Shown in pieces: positions 58,470-64,000 of a DNA stretch of 64,000 nt; positions within the stretch are counted from its first letter, which is position 1; each line of letters opens with the position of its first letter. Source of the stretch: a virus. Position numbers and translations under genes: made by a program. Below the pieces are notes generated by a model. It ran no database searches. It worked only from the letters and a program-made list of their open reading frames with translations, and was not told the origin of the DNA. The DNA is taken from positions 6,801 to 70,800 of the IMG/VR virus record IMGVR_UViG_3300023174_002851; one strand, given 5' to 3'.

Positions 58470-58930
58470 TGTCTGAAGAAATAATCTTCTATGTTAAAAA
58501 AGGTCGACGCTATGTTCCGCATAGCACATACTCAACTGAGTTCTGCGACAGCTTTCCAAAAGGTACCCACTTGGTAGATGTTTATCCTGGTGGTTCCTCA
58601 CGTAGGTTTAATATCAATCCTGCGTATGCTCCTATGATCGCCGCTGGGCGTGTTGCAGAAGATAAAATCAGTGAAGCTATTAGAAAAGCCAGCGATCTTC
58701 GTCCGAGATCAAAACCGCTTACTCCCGGACAAATGGCAGCATGGGAAAACCTAGTCAAAGAGTTTGGTGAAGAAGCACGTCAGCTTGAATGGCCTAGTGC
58801 TAGAGAAGCCTGCGAGGCAGCAGTTAAAGCCATGCAAGATGAAGCGGACAAGCTCATGAAGCACGAAAGTGTTCGTAAGGCCTACGATCATTTTCTGTTA
58901 TTGTGTGAACTCACAAAGGAAAAAGAATGA
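58469..58930 (+). CDS. Hypothetical phage protein
   Basis: FYVKKGRRYVP. Confidence 0.6.
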   Translation: MSEEIIFYVKKGRRYVPHSTYSTEFCDSFPKGTHLVDVYPGGSSRRFNINPAYAPMIAAGRVAEDKISEAIRKASDLRPRSKPLTPGQMAAWENLVKEFGEEARQLEWPSAREACEAAVKAMQDEADKLMKHESVRKAYDHFLLLCELTKEKE

Positions 58931-59289
58931 CCATAATCATTGTATTTTTAGCCCTATTTGGCATCAAGCATTTTGTATGCGATTTTCTACTGCAATTTCC
59001 CTACATGATTAGCCAAAAGGGCATCTATGGAGCAGACGGCGGAATTCATCATGCAGGATTTCATACACTTTTTACATTTTTAATACTTGCACCGTTTATT
59101 GGTATAGTGGCTGTTTTACCCGCAGTCGTTGACGGTGTTGTACACTATCATATTGATTGGGCGAAACAGCAGTTGAATCAGGGGCTAACTCCTGCAGATC
59201 GTAAGTTTTGGATTTGGTTTGGTCTAGATCAAGCCCTCCATTATCTTACGTATGTTGCTATTATCGGTTGGATTGTAGGTGCTTTTTAA
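58927..59289 (+). CDS. DUF3307-like membrane protein
   Basis: KHFVCDFLLQ, HYHIDW.K, GLDQALH. Confidence 0.75.
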   Translation: MTIIIVFLALFGIKHFVCDFLLQFPYMISQKGIYGADGGIHHAGFHTLFTFLILAPFIGIVAVLPAVVDGVVHYHIDWAKQQLNQGLTPADRKFWIWFGLDQALHYLTYVAIIGWIVGAF

Positions 59290-59343
59290 TAAACAGATGC
59301 TATAATTACTTTTGTGATAAGTAATATTGTCCAAGGAGCAACT

Positions 59344-59901
59344 GTGAAAAAGATTGATGAATTCAATGCTTCAGATCGCATTGAGGTAAAATTACTAGAT
59401 AATTCGATACACTTTCTATCAGGGGAAATTGATGACGAAAATATCAACGATTGTATCAAATGGATCGTTTACGAAAATCTAGATCAAAAAGAAAAAACAC
59501 TTACTTTGTATATCAATTCCACAGGCGGAGATCTATACTCAGCATTTGCACTGATTGATGTTATGCGGACTAGTCAGCATCCTATTCGTACTATTACAGT
59601 TGGCTCTGCAATGAGCGCAGCATTTTTAATCGCAGCTTCCGGAACGCAGGGAGAGCGATACGCAGGAAAAAATGCCACATATATGTGTCATCAATTTACA
59701 GAAAATACAGAAGGCAAGTATCACGACCTCAAAGCCACAATGAAAGGCAACGAGATCAGTAACGATATGATGGTAGCTGTTCTAAAAGAAGCTACTGGCC
59801 TTGCGCCGAGTGTGATCAAGAAAAAACTTTTACCGGCTAGCGATGTCTATCTTACACCACAAGAAGCTATCGATTTGGGCATCGCTGATCATCTACTCTA
59901 A
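59344..59901 (+). CDS. clpP: ClpP-like protease
   Basis: YINSTGGD, GSAMSAA (Ser), MCHQ (His), EA..LG..D. Confidence 0.85.
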   Translation: MKKIDEFNASDRIEVKLLDNSIHFLSGEIDDENINDCIKWIVYENLDQKEKTLTLYINSTGGDLYSAFALIDVMRTSQHPIRTITVGSAMSAAFLIAASGTQGERYAGKNATYMCHQFTENTEGKYHDLKATMKGNEISNDMMVAVLKEATGLAPSVIKKKLLPASDVYLTPQEAIDLGIADHLL

Positions 59902-59910
59902 AGGAAGACC

Positions 59911-60165
59911 ATGGAAGTCATAAGTATCAACACAAAACGTAAAGAAGAAATTCAAGAAGAAGAACAAAAGAAAGCCATGTTGCAGGTTCTCGACTTTATT
60001 AGACAGGCAATCGACGAAGGCGAGATCAAAGAGTTCGTGGCATGTAGTATGGATGCCGATGGTGTCGCACAGATACATGTGGCCGCAATGGACCTTCCTG
60101 GCAGCGTGGGACTGTTTGAAATTGGCAAGCACCTTTTGATCAACGGAGAAACACTATTTGATTAA
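59911..60165 (+). CDS. Hypothetical phage protein
   Basis: SD AAGGA; 84 aa. Confidence 0.6.
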   Translation: MEVISINTKRKEEIQEEEQKKAMLQVLDFIRQAIDEGEIKEFVACSMDADGVAQIHVAAMDLPGSVGLFEIGKHLLINGETLFD

Positions 60166-60203
60166 ATGTGGCAAAAAAGCCACATTATCAGGCCATATTT
60201 TTG

Positions 60204-60317
60204 TTGACGGCTAAATAAAAAGACATTATAATTTGTACTGTTGCTTAGTAGACATCAAAAACTTTTTAGGTAGTAATGCCAAAAGTGGTTGACAAGTAGA
60301 CTAAGTGGTTGTATAAT
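60204..60317 (+). promoter_or_regulatory. Tandem sigma70 promoters upstream of the tRNA region
   Basis: TTGACG-17-TATAAT (60204-60232) and TTGACA-17-TATAAT (60289-60317). Confidence 0.75.
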
Positions 60318-60361
60318 AAACACATGCACTAGAAATAGTGATAAGAATTTTAGGAAACGAA

Positions 60362-60502
60362 ATGCAAACTGTATCATTACATAGACAATTTAATACGATA
60401 GCCAAACAAGTGGGTATGCCCTCTTGCTGGTCATTGAATAGTCTATCATATGATCGTTTACCAGCAGAGATTACCTCGGGGTCCACGGAGAGTGTCGTGT
60501 AA
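60362..60502 (+). CDS. Putative leader peptide (46 aa)
   Basis: SD AGGA; MQTVSLHRQFNTIAKQVGMPSCWSLNSLSYDRLPAEITSGSTESVV. Confidence 0.45.
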   Translation: MQTVSLHRQFNTIAKQVGMPSCWSLNSLSYDRLPAEITSGSTESVV

Positions 60503-60528
60503 CACAAAAAGTACACACTAACTTCAAA

Positions 60529-60559
60529 GGACCCCAGGATTAAACACCCTGGGGTTTTT
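60529..60559 (+). terminator. Intrinsic terminator with a competing antiterminator
   Basis: ACCCCAGG-loop-CCTGGGGTTTTT; GGGGTCC (60478-60484) pairs with GGACCCC (60529-60535). Confidence 0.7.
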
Positions 60560-60578
60560 GCTTTTAAGGAAAGGAAAA

Positions 60579-60743
60579 ATGGAAAAGATAGATTACGAAA
60601 AATTGAATGAACGTATTGTTGAACAGGCTTATGAAAATGTTCTAACTAAAGAGCAATTTCAAAAACTTATTCAAGATAAGTTTGAACGTGCTAGAATATA
60701 TCACGAAGCAAAGGTGAAATCACCCACGTTTAGCGTAAACTAG
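60579..60743 (+). CDS. Small hypothetical protein
   Basis: SD AAGGA; MEKIDYEKLNERIV... Confidence 0.45.
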   Translation: MEKIDYEKLNERIVEQAYENVLTKEQFQKLIQDKFERARIYHEAKVKSPTFSVN

Positions 60744-60964
60744 TACAAAGTGTGTAAGGGAAACGAGGTCCCAGTCTGCACTCTAAACATGGACGAACGG
60801 GCGGCCTGTAGGATGAAGTCTCTCTTGTGAGATGAAAAATTACAGCGTATTAAAACATTCTATAGGGACGGCTACACCCATAGCGTAGTACTGCATAGCA
60901 GGCGTTATTAGAATGTTTTAATACACACATTCCTTAAATTGAAAACATAGTTTTCATCGGGTTG

Positions 60965-60993
60965 TTGACAAACGGCCGGGAGTGTGTTATAAT
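60965..60993 (+). promoter_or_regulatory. Sigma70 promoter immediately before tRNA-Tyr
   Basis: TTGACA-17-TATAAT. Confidence 0.8.
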
Positions 60994-61001
60994 TAGTACA
61001 T

Positions 61002-61088
61002 GGAGGAACGGCACAGTTGGAGGGGTGCGGCAGACTGTAAATCTGTTTTCTTAGGGACTAGTAGGTTCGAATCTTACTTCCTCCACCA
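61002..61088 (+). tRNA. tRNA-Tyr(GUA)
   Basis: Cloverleaf, long variable arm, encoded CCA. Confidence 0.9.
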
Positions 61089-61098
61089 AATTTAAAGT

Positions 61099-61183
61099 GC
61101 GACCTTGGTGAAATAGGTAGACACAAGAGACTTAAAATCTCTCGCCGCAAGGTGTTCCGGTTCGATTCCGGAAGGTCGCACCA
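61099..61183 (+). tRNA. tRNA-Leu(UAA)
   Basis: Cloverleaf, CCA. Confidence 0.92.
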
Positions 61184-61191
61184 GAAGTTTA

Positions 61192-61268
61192 GGACTGGTG
61201 GCGCAGTTGGTTAGCGCACATGCCTGTCACGCATGGGGTCGCGGGTTCGAGTCCCGTCCAGTCCGCCA
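61192..61268 (+). tRNA. tRNA-Asp(GUC)
   Basis: Cloverleaf, CCA. Confidence 0.93.
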
Positions 61269-61273
61269 AATTT

Positions 61274-61349
61274 GCTCGGTTCGTCTATCGGTCTAGGACA
61301 CCGCCCTTTCACGGCGGGAAGAGGGGTTCGATTCCCCTACCGAGTACCA
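61274..61349 (+). tRNA. tRNA-Glu(UUC)
   Basis: Cloverleaf, CCA. Confidence 0.9.
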
Positions 61350-61354
61350 AACAT

Positions 61355-61432
61355 GTGTCGGTGGCAGAGTGGCCCATTGCAACGGATTGCAAATCCGTAA
61401 AACCGTCAGTTCAAATCTGACCCGACACTCCA
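61355..61432 (+). tRNA. tRNA-Cys(GCA)
   Basis: Cloverleaf, U73, CCA. Confidence 0.88.
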
Positions 61433-61434
61433 AT

Positions 61435-61508
61435 GTATCCCTAATGTAATGGCAGCATCACAGTCTCCAAAACTGTTCGTCGGGGTTCGAGTCCCTGGGG
61501 GTACGCCA
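61435..61508 (+). tRNA. tRNA-Trp(CCA)
   Basis: ACAGT-CT-CCA-AA-ACTGT anticodon arm. Confidence 0.88.
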
Positions 61509-61576
61509 ATTCAAGTCTTGGACACGCAGACTATAAAGCGAGGTGGAAGTCAGGTGGAAGCCCTGCACCTAATAAT

Positions 61577-61666
61577 GGAAGTGTGGCAGAGTCCGGTTTA
61601 TTGCACCTGTCTTGAAAACAGACGATCAGAAATGGTCCGTGAGTTCGAATCTCACCGCTTCCGCCA
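61577..61666 (+). tRNA. tRNA-Ser(UGA)
   Basis: Cloverleaf, long variable arm. Confidence 0.9.
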
Positions 61667-61671
61667 AACAT

Positions 61672-61746
61672 AGCCAATTAGCTCAGTGGTAGAGCATCGT
61701 CTTGATAAGGCGAGGGTCGATGGATCGTTCCCATCATTGGCTACCA
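61672..61746 (+). tRNA. tRNA-Ile(GAU)
   Basis: Cloverleaf; atypical T-loop ATCGTTC. Confidence 0.85.
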
Positions 61747-61751
61747 AATAT

Positions 61752-61826
61752 ACTCCGGTAGTTTACTGGCTAGAACGTTGCCCTTTCAAGGCGAAGAAGC
61801 GGGATCGAAACCCGTTCGGAGTACCA
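61752..61826 (+). tRNA. tRNA-Glu(UUC), second divergent copy
   Basis: Cloverleaf; T-loop ATCGAAA. Confidence 0.8.
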
Positions 61827-61878
61827 ATTTTTAAAAAGGAGATCTGTCATGAGTAGTGACAAGAGTGATAAGATTAGT

Positions 61879-61954
61879 GGGACGTTAGCTCAGTTGGTAG
61901 AGCAGTAGACTTTTAATCTATTGGTCATTGGTTCGAATCCAATACGTCCTACCA
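61879..61954 (+). tRNA. tRNA-Lys(UUU)
   Basis: Cloverleaf, CCA. Confidence 0.92.
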
Positions 61955-62033
61955 TATGAAAACACATTGAATACTAACTGCGACATCCATCGAAAGGTTA
62001 GTAGAAGTCTTGCAAGCCAGTGTGTTTCTATAT

Positions 62034-62108
62034 GGTAATGTAGCATAATGGTCGTGCAGCACCTTCATACGGTGTCCAGTGTAGGTTCGAGTCCTATCAT
62101 TACCACCA
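62034..62108 (+). tRNA. tRNA with CAU anticodon (elongator Met or Ile2)
   Basis: GCACC-TT-CAT-AC-GGTGT anticodon arm. Confidence 0.85.
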
Positions 62109-62114
62109 AGTTGT

Positions 62115-62188
62115 TCCCGGATAGTGTAGTGGTAACACAACAGACTTTGACTCTGCTATTGTAAGTTCGATTCTTACTCCGGGTGCCA
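62115..62188 (+). tRNA. tRNA-Gln(UUG)
   Basis: Cloverleaf, 1:72 mismatch, G73. Confidence 0.85.
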
Positions 62189-62193
62189 ATTAT

Positions 62194-62268
62194 CGGTCTT
62201 TGGTGAAATGGATATCATCTCTGTCTTCGAAACAGAGGGTGTGGGTTCGATTCCTGCAAGACCGGCCA
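62194..62268 (+). tRNA. tRNA-Arg(UCG)
   Basis: TCTGT-CT-TCG-AA-ACAGA anticodon arm. Confidence 0.85.
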
Positions 62269-62274
62269 AACAAT

Positions 62275-62350
62275 GGTGCCGTTAGTGTAACGGTTAGCAC
62301 CCGAGATTGTGGATCTCGTAGTATGGGTTCGAATCCCATACAGCACCCCA
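62275..62350 (+). tRNA. tRNA-His(GUG)
   Basis: G-1/C73, CCA. Confidence 0.88.
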
Positions 62351-62352
62351 AT

Positions 62353-62430
62353 GCCCCTGTGGACAAATTGGTAAAGTCGTCTCTCTCAAAAGGAGAAGTT
62401 CTCCCTGTTCGAATCAGGGCAGGGGTACCA
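62353..62430 (+). tRNA. tRNA with CAA (Leu) anticodon and short variable loop
   Basis: TCTCT-CT-CAA-AA-GGAGA; variable region only about 6 nt. Confidence 0.8.
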
Positions 62431-62432
62431 AT

Positions 62433-62508
62433 GCAACTTTAGCTGATGTGGTCATAGCGGTGGTCTGAAGAGCCATTGAACCAGGTTCGATCCCTGGAGG
62501 TTGCACCA
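62433..62508 (+). tRNA. tRNA-Phe(GAA)
   Basis: Cloverleaf, CCA. Confidence 0.85.
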
Positions 62509-62516
62509 AACACATT

Positions 62517-62608
62517 GCCAGCGAGACTTGGAAGTCAGAGAGGTCTTATACACCTTTTAGCGCCAGATTAGCGTTCTTGAGAGGGTTCGATCCCCTCCGC
62601 TGGTACCA
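62517..62608 (+). tRNA. Atypical tRNA with UAU anticodon
   Basis: Acceptor stem GCCAGCG/CGCTGGT, tiny D-loop, long variable arm, normal T-arm, CCA. Confidence 0.7.
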
Positions 62609-62637
62609 TTTTATTTTATCTATTTTTCACAAAGCTG

Positions 62638-62666
62638 TTGACACGCAGGTGATTAGAATATATAAT
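62638..62666 (+). promoter_or_regulatory. Internal sigma70 promoter in the tRNA cluster
   Basis: TTGACA-17-TATAAT. Confidence 0.75.
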
Positions 62667-62687
62667 ATACTATATTAGTTAGAAATT

Positions 62688-62770
62688 GCCCTGGTGGTGG
62701 AATTGGTAGACACGCTGGTCTTAGAAGCCAGTGCGCAAGCGTGACGGTTCGAGTCCGTCCTGGGGCACCA
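62688..62770 (+). tRNA. tRNA-Leu(UAG)
   Basis: Cloverleaf, CCA. Confidence 0.92.
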
Positions 62771-62861
62771 TACTAAAGCACATTTAACCTAGAACATAGT
62801 TTAGGTAGGGCCAGGACACCGCCGTCGTGAAACGTCCTAAGTGTGCTTCAGTATAGATAGT

Positions 62862-62937
62862 GGGTCGTTAGCTCAGTTGGTAGAGCGTCTGCCTTACACG
62901 CAGAATGTCGGCAGTTCGAGACTGTCACGACCCACCA
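62862..62937 (+). tRNA. tRNA-Val(UAC)
   Basis: Cloverleaf, CCA. Confidence 0.93.
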
Positions 62938-62946
62938 GCAGTAAAT

Positions 62947-63036
62947 GGAATGGTCCCATAATGGTATTGGAGCGGATTGCTAATCCGTCGATCGGTGAAA
63001 GCCGGTTTCTGGGTTCAAGTCCCAGTCATTCCGCCA
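62947..63036 (+). tRNA. tRNA-Ser(GCU)
   Basis: Cloverleaf, long variable arm. Confidence 0.88.
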
Positions 63037-63058
63037 GACAGTAAGATAAGTAGTTCAC

Positions 63059-63133
63059 GGGGGATTAGTGATAATGGGAGCACATGTGCTTTGCAAGCAT
63101 GAAGTGGGAGTTCGATCCTCCCATCCTCCACCA
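63059..63133 (+). tRNA. tRNA-Ala(UGC)
   Basis: G3:U70 pair, CCA. Confidence 0.88.
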
Positions 63134-63141
63134 AGGAATTT

Positions 63142-63684
63142 ATGAAGAAAGAAAAAATAGTTCAAAAATTTGAAAATTTCTTAGACGAAGCACTTTATCT
63201 AAGATGCAGGACCACTGCCCGCGACAAGTATTACAAGGGCGAGCAGTGCCTTAAAACACATCGTTGTTGGCAGGCCAGTTTGGTCGCAGACAGTGCTCCG
63301 GTGCTGATCTATGATGTTAAAGGCGAGCCGGAACTATACAACGACATTGTTAAAACTATCCGAGAGAAAATTGATGTTGAGTTTGAAACAGCAACTATCA
63401 ATTTTTATTATTGGACACGTTACAGTTATATCCCGTGGCATAACGATGGTCATGCCGCAGGTGCAGTAAGTATCTATTTGAATCCAGATTGGAATCCAAA
63501 TTATGGCGGTTATCTTCTTTATAAAGAAGATGATGAAATCAAAGCCATTCTTCCTGAAAAGAATGTGGCAGTATTTCAAGCCAATGGATTGCACCATGGA
63601 ACGACTCCTGTAAATTTTGCAGGCGACATTAGATATAGCATTCAGTGTTTTTTAGAAAAAGGTCGTAACAAAGGACCTTATTGA
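63142..63684 (+). CDS. 2OG-Fe(II) oxygenase (prolyl-4-hydroxylase-like)
   Basis: WHND, IYLN..W...YGG, HGT, RYS. Confidence 0.82.
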   Translation: MKKEKIVQKFENFLDEALYLRCRTTARDKYYKGEQCLKTHRCWQASLVADSAPVLIYDVKGEPELYNDIVKTIREKIDVEFETATINFYYWTRYSYIPWHNDGHAAGAVSIYLNPDWNPNYGGYLLYKEDDEIKAILPEKNVAVFQANGLHHGTTPVNFAGDIRYSIQCFLEKGRNKGPY

Positions 63685-63690
63685 AGTTTT

Positions 63691-63766
63691 GCCCCTTTAG
63701 CTCATCTGGTAGAGCAACTGATTTGTAATCAGTAGGTGGTCTGTTCGAGTCGGACAAGGGGCACCA
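63691..63766 (+). tRNA. tRNA-Thr(UGU)
   Basis: Cloverleaf, CCA. Confidence 0.92.
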
Positions 63767-63772
63767 GTTTAT

Positions 63773-63849
63773 TGTCTAGTAGCTCAGTTGGTAGTAGCAT
63801 CTGTCTGTTAAACAGAGGGTCGGTGGTTCGAGCCCACCCTAGACAGCCA
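63773..63849 (+). tRNA. tRNA-Asn(GUU)
   Basis: Cloverleaf, CCA. Confidence 0.88.
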
Positions 63850-63864
63850 ATCATAAGGAAATAG

Positions 63865-64000
63865 ATGAAATACGCATATTTTAATCCCATCATAGTAGCA
63901 GTAGAAGATGTGCCAATGGATGTATTCGGCACACTAAAAAATCTAGTGGCCAATGCACACATCCACAGCGATCTAAATGACGAAGGTGATCCTTCTATTA
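63865..64000 (+). CDS. Hypothetical protein, 3'-truncated by the window edge
   Basis: SD AAGGA; MKYAYFNPIIVAVEDV... open to the edge. Confidence 0.5.
   Translation, partial: MKYAYFNPIIVAVEDVPMDVFGTLKNLVANAHIHSDLNDEGDPSI

Noticed and set aside
61512-61572. tRNA-like fragment between tRNA-Trp and tRNA-Ser
   Set aside because: Only a T-arm-like hairpin; no cloverleaf or CCA, so too little to call
61836-61908. SD plus 19-codon ORF (MSSDKSDK...) running into tRNA-Lys
   Set aside because: Too short and overlaps a tRNA; cannot be supported without conservation data
62771-62860. Hammerhead ribozyme in the spacer (GAAAC present)
   Set aside because: No CUGANGA core
61220-63044. ORF-track ORFs across the tRNA cluster
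   Set aside because: Shadows of tRNA genes

Overview
This window is part of a large lytic dsDNA phage genome (T4-like/jumbo myovirus style), not a bacterial chromosome. It is densely coded, mostly on the + strand, in the standard genetic code. TAAATA (T4 late-type) motifs precede structural genes, and near-perfect TTGACA-17-TATAAT promoters precede early blocks. Layout: tail/virion genes (1-6.2 kb, 11.3-19.2 kb); nrdA-iscU-aldolase-nrdB-grx and a PAAR gene; then a large host-derived accessory set: cspA, two-piece tmRNA, OMP, ahpC-terC-ahpD with an OxyR-like box, a PlcP-like phosphoesterase plus glycosyltransferase with Pho-like boxes, a hidden pqqA, SleB-like hydrolase, bS21, dnaK, hsp20, clpS, heme oxygenase plus bilin reductase, and clpP. 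These are followed by a curli-like CsgF/CsgG/curlin + FecR + CHASE2-adenylate cyclase module, a run of about 10 small paralogous ORFs, and a cluster of 23 tRNA genes. The host is probably a betaproteobacterium (inference from the PqqA sequence and a DUF3563-like ORF). The best candidates for undescribed biology are: (1) the curli/FecR/CHASE2-cyclase module with three tandem TGTT-N8-AACA boxes; (2) the tandem FxLKW paralog array; (3) a leader-peptide attenuator and repeated hairpin elements in the tRNA cluster; (4) two orphan structured intergenic RNAs; (5) an unlisted metallothionein-like ORF. All calls were made by eye and no searches were run.
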